DNA of 64,000 bases from Leucoraja erinacea (Eukaryota). This document shows, piece after piece, positions 24,140 through 37,200 of this stretch. Under the pieces are notes generated by a model. The model was not told the DNA's origin. It did no database searches and saw only the letters and a program-made list of their open reading frames with translations. The stretch is taken from contig NC_073384.1 in NCBI RefSeq assembly GCF_028641065.1, positions 72,044,001-72,108,000 on the forward strand, in the 5' to 3' direction. Within the stretch, counting starts at the first letter, position 1, and each line of letters opens with the position of its first letter. The position numbers and the translations under genes are program-made.

Positions 24140-24860
24140 GCATTTAGTACAAGAGTTGGGACGTCCTAATACAGCTGTACGAGATATTAGTGAGACGGCA
24201 CTTGGAATATTGTGTGTGGTTGAACTTTTTTTCGACTTCCATCGCTGTGGGGAATGTGGAGGAGTCACGGTGGTGGATGTTTATGTTAAAATGTATTTTG
24301 TGTGTTCTGTTGCTTTTTATTAGTATGACTGTGTGGCAATTCAAATTCCTTGTATGTTGCAAAACACACTTGGCTAATAAATTATGATTATGAGTTCTGG
24401 TCACGGGACTATAAGAAGGATGTAATTAAGCTAGAGAAGGTGCAGAAAACATTCATTAGGATGTTGCTGGGGACTGAGGGACATGGGTTACAAGGAGAGA
24501 ATAGATAGGCCTGTTTTTTCCCCTGGAATGAACGAGGTTGAGAAATTACATTAGAGAAGTTTATCAAATCATGAAGAGCATAGATAAGAAGGATGATCAG
24601 TGTTTTCCCCAGGCTAAGGGAATCTAAAATTAGAGAGCAAAGATTAAAAGAGAGAGGGAAAAGATTTAAAGGGGCAAGTATTATTTTAAACAGAGGGTGG
24701 TGGGTGTGTAGAACAAACTTACAGAGGATGTTTAAAAGACCTTTAGATAGATTTCTGGATTGGAAAAACGGTCCAAATTCAGGCAAACAAGTTTTGCTCA
24801 GGAAGGCACCTCGGTCGACAGGGCTGAGTTGGGCTGCTGGACCTGTTTCCATGCTGTAGC
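24140..24860 (+). mobile_element. Decayed CR1 LINE 3' end with a short retroelement inserted at about 24214-24392
   Basis: LVRRHLEYCV...FW motif split by an insert ending aataaa(ttatga)n. Confidence 0.75.
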
Positions 24861-25599
24861 ATTCATACAGTGATTGAGGGAGCGGCTGGGAGGTGGTGGT
24901 TGAGGAGAACTCTGGCAGTAATTATATTCCTTGTAGCAGGATCCAGGGAGGCTCCTTTATATTTATTGGCGTCTCCTTTCTTGAACACTGTTATGATTAC
25001 AGAGTGGCTTTCCATTCCCACATGGGGATGAGGAGGGTATGGGTTCACGATCAAAGCTCTTCACAGCTAATCTTTGGAGTCTCAGCAGGAATGTCATTGT
25101 CCAAAGGCTTGATGTTTTTAGTTGGGACCAGTAGATAATCTGCCATTGCTTAAAACAATTCATATCGTGTTTGGCATGAGAATATTCAGAACTCTGACAT
25201 TATTGAGAGAATGATATGATATCAACTTCAGAATTTATTTGGGGGGGGGGGGGGGCTACCTTACTGGTGTGGTGATGCTTCGCATATTGATAATGACAAA
25301 TGTCATATTGCCTCGGTACAGTTTAACTGGTCATAGAGTCATAGAGCACATAAACAGGCCCTTCAATCCAGCTCATCCATGCTGATCAAGATGCCCCAAG
25401 ATACTGGTTCTTGGTTCAGAAGGCAACATCAATACTATTCTAGATGTTTTAAACCAGATATGTCTGTAGCACTCCACTGTGATTTAATAAAATCTGTTGC
25501 CTGGTCAAATAAACAAGCAAACCTAGATAGAAGATGTTGTTATTATCAGGCCTATCTCATCATTAACCAAAGAACCAACGCACGTATTAAAAGTTATAG

Positions 25600-26010
25600 T
25601 TTAGTTTAGTTTAGAGATAGAAAATAGGTGCAGGAGGAGGCCATTCAGCCCTTCGAGCCAGTACCGCCATTCATTGTGATCATGGCTGATCGTCCCCTAT
25701 ATAGAAACATAGAACCCTATATAGAAACATAGATACGGCACGGAACAGGCCCTTCAGCCCATCGAGTCCGCACCCACCAGCGATTCCCGCACATTAACAC
25801 TATCTTACACTAGAGACAATTTTTACATTCATACCAAACCAATTAACCTACAAACCTGTACGTCTTTGAAGTGTGGGAGGAAATCGAAGTTCTCAGAGAA
25901 AACCCACGCAGTCACAGGGAGAACGTACAGACAGCACCCGTAGTCAGGATCGAACCCTGGTCTCTGGCGCTGTAAGACAGCAACTCTACCGCTGCGCCAT
26001 CGTGCCACCC
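25600..26010 (-). mobile_element. HE1/V-SINE with CR1 3'-tail insertion at about 25618-25730
   Basis: SINE tail (gttta)n and body are separated by a CR1 3' UTR fragment. Confidence 0.8.
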
Positions 26011-27113
26011 CGTTGGCTTAAGAAATGAAGCACATATCCTGAGCTCCTTCTATGACGTTTTTGAGGTGCAGAACTATTGGAAATTCGTGTAGCTGAGGTC
26101 TCAACTGCAGTATTTTATTTTAAAAAAGGCAGGTTCAGAAGTTTGAGGGACCAATGCAAGGATACCTAATTCTGCTGAAACATATGGAGTTGCAAAAATC
26201 CCACGATTGATCTGTACGCCCCAAGCTAGAGATGGTGAAAAATATAGTTCACCAGGTTTTATGCCCATACGACAACGTAATAAAGACTGCTGGTGCTTGA
26301 GACGGCCTTAGCTGCAGTAAAATGGTACGCCAACATTTACAGCCATCATTTACATGAAATCTGACCTTTGGGCAAGGTGCCAGAGGCCCGCTATCTACAT
26401 ATTTATACTCCACGCACAAAATTAAAGAAAGTGGTTTATAAAGCTGCAGACAAAAACTGAGGCAATTTATCATTTTCATGATATGTCAACATAGTTTGTA
26501 TAAGATGGCAAATTTACCAATGACCAGATTCTGCATATCATTTTATATTTATCTTTAATTTGCAGGAAAAACTTGAATTTGCAGTTGATTTGCCAGTCTT
26601 CTCCAAAGTCACTCAATCATCTAATTAGTTACACTTCAATTAAATAACGGGAGATTTTTTTTCTTCTGTTGCATATATTGGATGCTCGATTTCAGATTCA
26701 GATTCAATTTTAATTGTCATTGTCAGTGTACAGTACAGAGACAACGAAATGCATTTAGCATCTCCCTCGAAGAGCGACATAGCAAACGATTTGAATAAAA
26801 AAAATAATAAGTGTCCGGGGGGGGGGGGGGGGTGATTGGCAGTCACCAGTTACTGAGTCATTCTGATTTAGTTACTGAGTCATTCTGAGTCATTCGTAAT
26901 TCTCACTGGATTGATCTTGTTAATTGTGGACGGAGCACCAAGACAAATTCCTTGTATGTGAATACTTGGCCAAAAAAATGACTTACTTACTTGATGGTAA
27001 TTGGATTTCGTCAGTACAAACAGTTTTTAGAACTTTTACAAACAAATATAGCAGAGACCAAATCTCTCCCCCAACTTCTCAAAAGGGCTTTTTCGATTTT
27101 AAAAGTGGTTTAC

Positions 27114-27259
27114 CTGAGGAGCTGTTCACCATATTAGATGCCATGTTGTAAGTAGTGGTCTGCGAATTCATTATTAAAGAGGTGTTGTTCATCGGCTGGC
27201 TGTAGGGAGAGCTAGAGCCCATCATTCCGCTTTGGTTCATGCCAGTGTATCCCGTTTGC
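27114..27259 (-). CDS. ARID1B: Internal coding exon of ARID1B (BAF/SWI-SNF subunit), 146 nt, phase 2 to phase 1
   Basis: Minus-strand translation (R)[48 protein letters not shown](G) aligns by eye with recalled vertebrate ARID1[50 protein letters not shown], and better than with ARID1A. Acceptor tttgtttttcttcAG|G and donor CAG|GTAAAC are both canonical. Confidence 0.9.
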
Positions 27260-28364
27260 CTGAAGAAAAACAAAAGACAGTATACATGGCTGTTTGCATA
27301 AACCTGACACAGATGTACCACAAGTGTAAAACAAGAGACAAAGAGTGGAGTCTGACAGCAGCAGCATGCTCTGTGATCAGTAACGGAGGGGAGAAGACTC
27401 CAGGTCTGGAGACAGATGCTGGATTGAAAGCAACAGTGTGGGGCACCAAACAAAAGGGCAAGGAAAAGGAGAGAGGATGAAAACATGTCAAATGTTAAGC
27501 AACAGCAAGCACAACGCTGGAACGGCATTAGTTAAAACAAACTGATGCCCATTAAGCTGTCACACACCACTGCCAATTTTCAGGAACATTTATACCACAG
27601 AATTACCAGAACCATTGCAAACTCAATGTGTTTGATTTTCTATCGTTGTCCTAATATATTGAATTTTAATGTTTGTTTATATATCATAGTTATTCATGTG
27701 AAAATACTTTCAGGAACATAGAAAACTGATAACCTAAATGTCACCAATTCTAGTGATTTTATTGAAATCAATAAAATAGCATTGGCTAATATGGATGGCA
27801 TGGGGGTATGGAGAGAAGGCAGGTACAGGATACTGAGTTGGATGATCAGCCATGATCATATTGAATGGCGGTGCAGGCACGAAGGGCCGAATGGCCTACT
27901 CCTGCACCTATTTTCTATGTTTCTACAAGCTTTATTTGTGATTTTAAAATATACAATAACCCTTTAGAAAATTATAATCAACACATTTTGCTGGAATCCC
28001 TAAAGGATATGAAGAAACCTCTCCACTTTAATGGTCAGAATCAAGAGGAGTTTGTTGCTAAATCGTCAGAAGAAACAGAGGTGTATTTAACCCTGTCCTG
28101 CTGAAATTTCAAGATAGCAGAGTTATTCTAATTTCTGTTTCTTGTAAGTCACTGGTTGTTGCTGCCTAACGCTCATGCTGTTACTAATGTATAAGTGCTG
28201 TCACTTTCATGTTCTGCACATTTCTGCAGACGGAGCAGCAAAAGCGACTACATCATAAATTTCAAGTAACATTTAACATGTCCATTCCAACCCTATACTG
28301 AAGATATAACAATTCTCAAGCACTGTGAATGCTGCTGTTCCAACACGACATTTCTTAAATATTA

Positions 28365-28600
28365 CATAGAAACATAGAAAATAGGTGCAGGAGTAGGCCA
28401 TTCGGCCCTTCGAGCCTGCACCACCATTCGATATGATCATGGCTGATTACCCAACTCAGTATCCCGTCCCTGCCTGCTCTCCATACCCCCTGATCCCCTT
28501 AGCCACAAGGGCCACATCTAACTCCCTCTTAAATATAGCCAATGAACTGGCCTCAACTACCTTCTGTGGCAGAGAATTCCACAGATTCACCACTCTTTGT
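28365..28600 (-). mobile_element. CR1 LINE 3' tail fragment
   Basis: Near-identical to 2627-2860. Confidence 0.85.
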
Positions 28601-28702
28601 GTAAATGTTGCAAATGTTGTTCAATTATATACCTTGCTAAAGTGGGCCAACTGGCAATGTCCGATGTCACAGATCCCAGAGAGACCTCATCTTTATTAGT
28701 AT

Positions 28703-28982
28703 CAGCGGCACAGTGGCGCAACAGTAGAGTTGCTGCATTACTGTGCCAGAGACCCGGGTGCGATCCTGACCACGGGTGCTGTCTTTACAGAGTTTGTAAG
28801 TTCTCCCTGTGACCAGGTGGATTTTTTTCCGGGTGTTCCGGTTTACTCCCACATTCCAAAGACCTGCAGGTTCTGTAAATTGCCTCTAGTGTGAATGATG
28901 GAACGAGCGTGCGGGTGACTGTTAGTCAGTGTGGACTCGGTGGGCCGGAGGGCCCGTTTCCATACTGTATCTCTAAACTAAG
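28703..28982 (+). mobile_element. HE1/V-SINE
   Basis: gcggcacagtggcgcaacagtagagttgctg...ctgtatctctaaacta. Confidence 0.85.
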
Positions 28983-31021
28983 CGAATCGTGATGAAATTA
29001 CGCATGTACAGTATTCCATTAGTACAACAGATGGAACTCTGCAATTGACCTCAATATACCTGAATTCTGAAAGAAGCAGAATCAGCAGGGACCCCCCCCC
29101 CCACTCAAAGACCCCCCTGAAAACTGTGTGCAAAGGGTCGCAAATGAAAAACGGTCCCAAGACCAGGATCAAGTTTAGCACCAATTCCTTGCAAAAACAA
29201 CCTGAAATCTGTTCAAGCCACAAATAAAGAATAGCAATTGGAGAGATAAACTGCCAATTACAGTTGAGACATTCTGCTCTTGGCACAGATTTTAAATCAA
29301 TGAATTAACTTTTACCGATTCTTCCTACATAGCAGACATAATGTATAGGAAGGAACTGCAGGTGCTGGTTTAAACTAAAGATAGGCGCAAAAAGCTGCAG
29401 TAACTCAGCGGGTCAGACAGCATGTCTGAAGAGGGGTCTCGACCCGGAATGTCACCTATTCCTTTTCTCCAGAGCCCGCTGAGTTACTCCTGCTTTTTGT
29501 ATCTATCTTCCTACAGAGCAGTCAGAATCATCAAACGGAAAGAGGCCAAGATAGTTCTTCTTCTATCACTGGAAGCTGTGTGTCATAAGAATTACTGAGA
29601 TTAATCAGCTATTTCTATCTACAAATTTGAGTCCGTCTCATGGGATAAAACTTATTTTCTTGTGTGCTAAACTAAAACATTTGGGAAATGGTAAACAGTG
29701 AAGCAGTGCTCCATACAGACTGGAGCCTGGGGTGAAGGCAGATGCGGAGAGATCAGAGTGCATTTCACCAGCCATTCAGCATGGAACAGAAGAAACACCA
29801 GGAAGATGGTGATTGTCCACATTATTCGAGTGTGTCCTCTTCCAACTCACCTAAAACACATTAAGATCTCTGTCTTTTTGGAATGACAGTTCATGAATGA
29901 AAGTAGTAAAATTATCATCACTAATTTCTGCTCCAACATCGGAGCTTTCTTTCAATATCATTTCAGTACTTTTTTCTTATTTCCATCAAAGAAACTGAAC
30001 GGTTGTTAAAAAAAAGTAACGAGAATCAACAGGCAAGTTATACTAGCTGTTTACAAGGCTTTCCACTGGTGTGAGACATCTGGGGTTGCTACACAATCAA
30101 TTTTTTCTTTCTTTCATATTGGGAATTGTGAACCACTCAATATTCCTAAGATGCAGTAAATCACATAGTACGTATCTTCACTCACTTCCAGTTCTTTAAC
30201 CCGGGGGAATCACAATATGAAAGTTTACCATTGATAATATTTCACTTTCAAACGAAAATTGCTAAATATAGGTAGGTCGGTTCAATAATTTTAAAATATT
30301 GTTTGTCCAAAATTGTATTCCCCGGGTGAAATATTTTCAAAGAGGTGAACATAAAGAAATAATTCCAAGACATTCCCCCTTGACAAAGTAAATTATCATT
30401 CATCATTCCCAAATGTTATTTTTGGCCTGTGACACAAAACTCTTCATCACATTTAGGTAATCCCTACAAAATATGTCATTTACATCATCTGGGTCAGGTT
30501 CTGTCAAAAGTGGAAGATATTCTGAAGAAGTACGTGGATTTTGACTGAAAACATTAAATTAGCTTGATACAAATTGACACAAGCTGGCATAGGGACCAGA
30601 AAAATGACGTGAATGCAACTCAAAGCTTCATCTAATAATCCACATGAAATTTGCAGACTTTTGACACCTTCTCAGATCCTTTATGCCTTTTTTTTCTGGG
30701 GAGAAAAATGTCCAGCCTGAGACAAGGAGCTTTCTGTTTGGGGAATCAGAATATGGAAACTCACATCCTAGCAAATGCAACAATGGAATACATGTGACAC
30801 ACTTCAGACGCTGCACAGAAATGCCAGAAGATGTGTCCATTTGAAGACGGCAACTGAGAGCTGATACATCTTTAGAATCTTGAAAGAGTTGGCAAGGATG
30901 CACCAGTTATCATCTTGCAAAATGTTGAATGTACCAGACCTGTTCTGACAGATGAGAGGTAAGGCGGTGAATACCAGTATTTAAGACAATAGGGAGAGGA
31001 AACCAGGAACAAGACTTGATA

Positions 31022-31621
31022 AGGGCCTGTCCCACTTGGCCGTCATTTACGTGACAGGCCGGTAGTGACTGTCGCGCGAGTGTTGCGTGCGTCATCATGT
31101 GTCCGCATAGCCGTCTGGAGCGCGTGACGTCATTTGAATACCCGGTTCATGATATTTATGGTGATTTTCTAAGATGTTCCAGTTTCTTGAGTGGTGCTAG
31201 CAATTGGAAAAACTGCAGATGTAAAGCGCCTATTCAAAAAAAGAGGTGAATGAAAAGTAGCAAGCTGCAGACCAAACTAATCTGTGGGAAGGAACTGCAG
31301 ATGCTGGTTCAAATTGAAGATAGACACAAAATGCAGGAGTAACTCAGCGGGACAGGCAACATCTCTAGAGAGGAATGGATGATGTTTCAGTCTGAAGAAG
31401 GGTCTCGACCTGATACGTCACCTTGTCCCACTTAACCATCATTTTCGCGACAGGCCGGTGGAGCGTGAAGATTTTGTGCAGCACGAAATCCTGGTGCGCT
31501 GAGCGATACCGTGCGCAAATCCACACTCCTCCACGCCACTCCATGTGCCCGTCCCACGCTACCCACACGCTACCAGGTCGTATAAACGGCGTGCAAATGA
31601 CAGCCAAGTGGGACAGGCACT
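31022..31621. mobile_element. Rearranged Harbinger-type MITE with CR1 and Penelope-derived pieces inside
   Basis: TIRs agggcctgtcccacttgg and ccaagtgggacaggcact; interior related to 10135-10831. Confidence 0.7.
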
Positions 31622-32440
31622 TTAGTCTGACATCAGTAATAGGGAAAGTGCTCAAATGTATTATTAAGAAACTGCTACAGGCCACTTAGAACAAAGTCCA
31701 TGTGGATTGATGAATAAGAAATCAAGTTTGATAAATCGATTAAGAGTTATCTTGAGTCGTACTGTTATACTGTGAAGAAACAGGCCCTTCGGCCAAACTT
31801 GCCCATGCCGACCAATGTGGCCCATATACCCTAATCCCACCTGCCTGCGTTTGGCCCATACCCCTCTAAACCAATCCTATCCATATACCTGTCCAAATGT
31901 TTTTTAAACATTGTGATAGTACCTGCTTCAATTACCTCCTCCAGCAGCTCGCTCCATATACCCACCACCCTATGTGTAAAAAAGTTGCCCCTCAGGTTCC
32001 GATTTAAACTTTCCCCCTCACCTTAAACCTTAAATCTTTTCACGGTACCTCAGTACACGTGACAATAAACAAAACCAAACTTAAACTTGTGTCTTCTGGT
32101 TTTTTAGGTACTCTGGGTTAAATACTATGCATTTACCCTTTCTATTATGATCTTATACACCTCTATAAGATCACTCCTCGACCTCCTGCACTCCAAGGAA
32201 TAATGTCCTAGCCTGCCCAACCTCTCTCTATAATTCAGGCCCTCGAGTACAGGCAAGATCCTCCTAAATCTTCCCTGCACCCTTTTCAGCTTAACAACAT
32301 CTTTCTTATAACAGGGTGACCAAAACTGAACACTCCGAATGTGGCCTCATCAATGTCTTATACAACTGTAACATGACCGCACTTCATCTGTATTCAATAC
32401 ACTGACTGATGAAGAACAATATGCTGAAAGCCTTCTTGAC

Positions 32441-33206
32441 CAAAGATCCTATAGCAAGGAAGATAGTGCACTCGACGAAAAAGACGTAGTACGGTCATGG
32501 GTAATTTCCGTAACCGGCTTCCGTCTCCACCATCTTTGTCCGCCATAGCGGAGCAAAGGTACTAGTGCGGAGACGGAAGGCGTTTACGGAAACATCCTCG
32601 TAAAAATCAAAGATCTTTGGTAAAAATCTTCCCCTCATTTTCTCTCTGCCCCGTTAAAGAGACTCACTGACGGGGGGAAAGAGGGTGGGGCATGGGATCC
32701 GAAGCTGAGAACAGGCGGCCCTTCGGTTTCTTCCCCCATCAAGCTCGCTGCCCGGCTCCCAAACTCCGGTCTGCTCTTTTTGCGGAAAAAATAAACAACT
32801 AATTTTGAAAAGGCACAGCGGAGACAGAAAGAAGGAAGCATGGATTGGAAAGGTCTCCCCTTTTACACTGTTGTGCGGGCACAGCCTCTTTGCCTTCAGT
32901 GCCCCCTCCACCCTTGCACAGTCCGATCCCAATCCCGGAGCTTTGAATTCAAAACATTAAAAAAGAAAATTAACAGAATTATAATTCATTAACATATTAA
33001 TCACAAAAAGTAACAGAAATATGAATCATGAATCTAACACTATATCACATACACAAACTTTCCCCCCGCAATGCTGATTACACTGAGAGACGGATATACA
33101 AAGTCGGGTCTACTGAAATGGCCGTCGAAATGGCTGACGTTCCACTCCGTTGCGTTGCCCATTGGTTTTCGCAGGAGTGCACTATCTTGCTTGCTATAGG
33201 ATCTTG
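32441..33206. mobile_element. Non-autonomous DNA transposon with TIRs of about 32 bp and probable 2-bp (AC) TSD
   Basis: caaagatcctatagcaaggaagatagtgcactc...gagtgcactatcttgcttgctataggatcttg inserted in CR1 ...ttcttgAC|...|ACtaccc. Confidence 0.8.
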
Positions 33207-33306
33207 ACTACCCAATCGACCAGTGAAGCCGCTTTCAAGGAACTATGTACCGACACTCCTAGATCTCTCTGCTCGACAACCAGAGCCCTGCTATTCATTG
33301 TGTAGA

Positions 33307-35072
33307 TGTTGTGTTTGATGGCTAATAACTCAATATCGACTCATGTTGTACCGTGTCAGTAAGTGGGTTTGTTCAAGTCAAGATGGCTGCGTGACTGATT
33401 CCGGGAAAACATACATATAGGGGTGGAGCCCTCTTGTGGTGACTGTAAGGACAGTCTTACATAGACACAACATATTTTCCTCTCTTTGTAAATGAAGGCG
33501 TTCATTTAAGTCCAGTTATCAAATTAAATATAAGTCCATATGAAATCAGCCCAAAGCCCTTTCAAATTTCCTGTCCTCTATTAATAAACGGAAGTCCAAA
33601 AAATAACTGCTCAGTGAATATACCGTTCAAGAAGGAAAATCGGAGGTAGACAAAAGTGCTGGAGAAACTCAGCGACTGCAGCAGCATCTATGGAGCGAAG
33701 GAAATAGGCTCGAAACATTGCCTATTTCCTTCGCTCCATAGATGCTGTTGTTTCTCCAGGCACTTTTGTCTACCTGCTCAAAACGGTTTATGGTTTCACA
33801 GCTGAAAATCTTGCAGGCACTGAGGTCTCCACTTCTGTCGCTGAGAGTGCTGAGCGGGATTGGGCTGCTCTGCTGCATGCTAACCGCGATCGGTCTTGAC
33901 TGAATATTGGGAAAGGAAAAGCATCCGGTTCGTCTTCCCCCTGTCCCTGTCTGCTTGCGATGAGACGCCTCGCGTTCCATCTGGTGTCATCTTGGAGGAG
34001 GTACGCGTTCTTGCCGAGTCTCCGTTTGATCTGTATCGGCTTTGAGAGTGTGCCTGCAAGCTTATGCTGTCTGTTTGGATGGCTGATTCGTACCCACTCA
34101 TCGACCTTGAACCGCGCGCTCGTACTCTGCGTTTGGCATCACAGTACGCTTTCCCTTTCACTTGTCTGGGTGCTATCATTACCACTCTCGCTTTTGTGTC
34201 TGGATTTGGGTGCGATGGTGGTTGAAAACCATTCAGTTTTGTTTGCAGGTTTCGCCCTACCATCAGCTCTGCTGCCGTTTTCCCAGTCAGCGTGTGTGGT
34301 GTGGATCTGTAGGAACGGAGGAGGACATGGATTGACTGTTCAAATGTTTTCCGCTCCGACATGCTCGCTTTTACGCTTTCTTTGATCACGCGATTGAATC
34401 GTTCAACCCCGCCGTTTGATTGGTGGTTGTATCGCGACGTCCGATCATCATCCTCCATTAGAAGGCGCTCTCTGATACGTGGGATACATGACTTTTCTAT
34501 CAGCTGGCCTCTCACCAACACATGAGTCAGTGCTCCAAAAGTGCACTTTGCAGTTAGTTCTATCAATGAAGAAACAAAGTGCTTCACTGGTTCGCCATGT
34601 CCCCGTGAACATTGACGAAAACCTGCCAAATATTTGCCAAGTGCAGTAACAGCATCACTGTACTGACTTGTTGCAGCACTGTCAAACTGCATGAAGATCC
34701 GTTGTCCCTCCGTTCCGAGGCAATGCAGCAGGATCGCTCGGCGGTGAGAGTCCGATATTGCCTCGCCGTCCAGGCCACTTGCGATCACGTATATGGTGAA
34801 ACTTTCGATCCATCGTGTCCATGGTACAGGAGGCTCTCCTGGACTTTCCAAGAACGGGCGATGGGGCAGCGAGAGTTAAAGATGTGTTTGACGGCTCGTC
34901 GCCAGATGTTGTGTTTGATGGCTAATAACTCAATATCGACTCATGTTATACCGTGTCAGTAAGTGGGTTTGTTCAAGCCAGGATGGCTGCATGACTGATT
35001 CCGAGAAAACATACTTATAGGGGCAGAGCCCTCTTGTGGAGACTGTAAGGTCAGTCTTCCATGGATGCAACA
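33307..35072 (-). mobile_element. Internally deleted Ty3/Gypsy LTR retrotransposon
   Basis: 166-bp LTRs at 33307-33472 and 34907-35072 (TG...CA); PBS tggcgacgag next to the 5' LTR; PPT aaagagaggaaaata; TSD gtaga/gtagg. Confidence 0.9.
33880..34851 (-). pseudogene. Gypsy gag N-terminus fused in frame to the C-terminal part of integrase (PR/RT/RH absent)
   Basis: Gag-like GEPPVPWTRWIESF...AILLHCLGTEGQRIF followed directly by integrase HQSNGGVERFNRVIK...LRSYRSTPHTLTGKTAAELMVGR. Confidence 0.8.
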
Positions 35073-36259
35073 GTAGGTCCTGCCCCGGTTAGACTTCCCA
35101 AACACATCACACTTCTCTGTATTAAACTCCATCAACCATTCCTCAGGCTACCTGCCCAACTGATCAAGATCCTACTGACAACCATCTTCACTATCAACAA
35201 TACCAACCACTTGAAGGTCATATGCAAACTTACTAATCATGCCATGTACGTTCTCATCCAAATCATTGATGTAGATGACAAACAGCAATGGGCCCAGCAC
35301 CGAACCCCGAGGCACACCACTAGTCACAGCCTCCAGTCCGAAAAACAACTTTCCACCATCACCCTCTGCTTTCTTCCATGAAGCCAATTGTTTATCCATT
35401 CTGATAGCTCTCCATGCATCCCTTGCGATTTAACCTTTCAGAGCAGCATACCATGCAGAACCCTGTCAAATGCCTTGCTGAAATCCATGTAGACAATGTC
35501 TACAGCTCTGCCCTCATCAACCTTTTTGGTCGCATCTTCAAAAAACTCAATCAGATTCATGAGACCCGATCATCCACATACATAGCCATATTGACTATCC
35601 CGAATCAGCCCTTGTCCATCTAAATGCCAGTATATCATATCCCTCAGAATACCAATAACTTTCCAACCACAGATATTGGGCTCGTTGGCCTGTAGTTCCC
35701 AGACTTTTCCCTGCAGCCTTTGTTAAATAGAGGCACAATATTTGCTGCCCTCCAGTCTTCCGGCATCTCACCTGTATTTAATGGCGACTCGTAAATCTCA
35801 GCCAGAGCATCTGCATTTTCATCTCTAGCTTCCCAGTGTCCTCGGATATATCTGATCAGGCCCGGGAGATTTGACTACCTTCATACACGTCAGGACCTTC
35901 AGCACATCCTCGACCGTACATTGAGACCATCAAGACACTTCTATTGACTGCCCCAAGTTCCCTGATCCTTGTGTCTTTCCCCATGGTAAAAACAGAGGAG
36001 AAATACTTATTGAGGACTTCGCCCATCTCCTGTGGCTTCACACAGAGTTGACCGCTTTGAGTCCTGAGGTGACCTATTCTCTCTCTGGTTACCCTTTTAC
36101 CCTGAGTACATTACAACATTTCTTGGGATTATCCTTAATGCTGTATGCCTGATCTATCCCCTGCTCCCTTTTTCTCCTCCTGATTTCCCGTTTTTAGCCT
36201 GCTCCTCTGGGGATACACTTGATTACAGTTGCCAATACAAGCTCCATGTCTCCTTCTTA

Positions 36260-36695
36260 TCAGTAAGTAAGTAAGTAAGTAAGTTTATTGGCCAAGTATT
36301 CACATACAAGGAATTTGCCTTGGTGCTCCACCCACTAGTAACAACATGACATGCAGTGACAGTTACGAACGACTCAGAAAACACTAAACATTAATAATAA
36401 TAAAACATTAATGATAAAACACTATTGATCAAGCATGTGAACCAACAAAATACCAGATCAAAGGGAGGCTACAGATTTTTGGCTGTTGAGTAGAGCAACT
36501 ACTGGTGGATAAAAACTGTTTTTATGTCTGGCTGTGGCAGCTTTGACAGTCCGGAGTCGCCTTCCAGAGGGAAGTGATTAGAAGAGTTTGTGGCCAGGGT
36601 GAGAGGGGTCAGAGATGATCTTGCCCGCTCGCTCCCTGGCCCTTGCAGTGTACAGTTCATCAATGGAGGGAAGGTTGTAGCCAATAACCTTCTCT
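36260..36695 (-). mobile_element. Rex1-type LINE 3' end
   Basis: Reverse complement of the 20200-20655 family; (agta)n tail. Confidence 0.8.
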
Positions 36696-36896
36696 GCTTA
36701 TTATTGGCCAGAGCATCAATTTCTCTCGTTATTCAAGCTTCCTTATGCCCACCTGCCTTGTTTTTCACTCTAACTAAGGTGTTAATCAGAAGGGTACATA
36801 GGAGGGAAACAGTGGAATGAAAGTTATTGACCTTTTAAGCCTTTGATTATCACACGAGATTATTAAATAAAGGTAAAACCCACATACTGGCTTTAT

Positions 36897-37200
36897 ATAA
36901 TAAAGGGGAATAATAAAGGGGAGGCCATTTAAGACATTTCTCGGGAGGAAAAACATTTTAACCCAGAGAGTTTTGAATTTGTGGAATTCCCTGCCACAGA
37001 GGGCAGTGTAGGCCAAGTCACTGGATGGATTTAAGAGAGAGTTAGATAGAGCTCTAGGGGCTAGTGGACTCAAGGGATATGGGGAGAAGGCAGGCACGGG
37101 TTAAATGATTGGGGACGATCAGCCATGATCACAATGAATGGCGGTGCTGGCTCGAAGGGCCGAATGGCCTCCTCCTGCACCTATTTTCTATGTTTCTATA
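36897..37200 (+). mobile_element. CR1 LINE 3' end
   Basis: LNLWNSLPQRAV motif and 3' UTR ...ttctatgtttcta; same subfamily as 63088-63390. Confidence 0.8.

Larger units (their letters stand above)
31750..36260 (-). mobile_element. Long decayed CR1 LINE ORF2 hosting nested DNA-transposon and LTR insertions
   Basis: RT motifs VTSGVPRGSVLGPLLFVIYINDLD...SKFAYD (35172-35399); CR1 sequence reads continuously across both insertions. Confidence 0.85.

Noticed and set aside
32407-32432. ctgatga...gaaag hammerhead-like match
   Set aside because: Lies in antisense CR1 coding sequence; no convincing stem II or cleavage-site helix.
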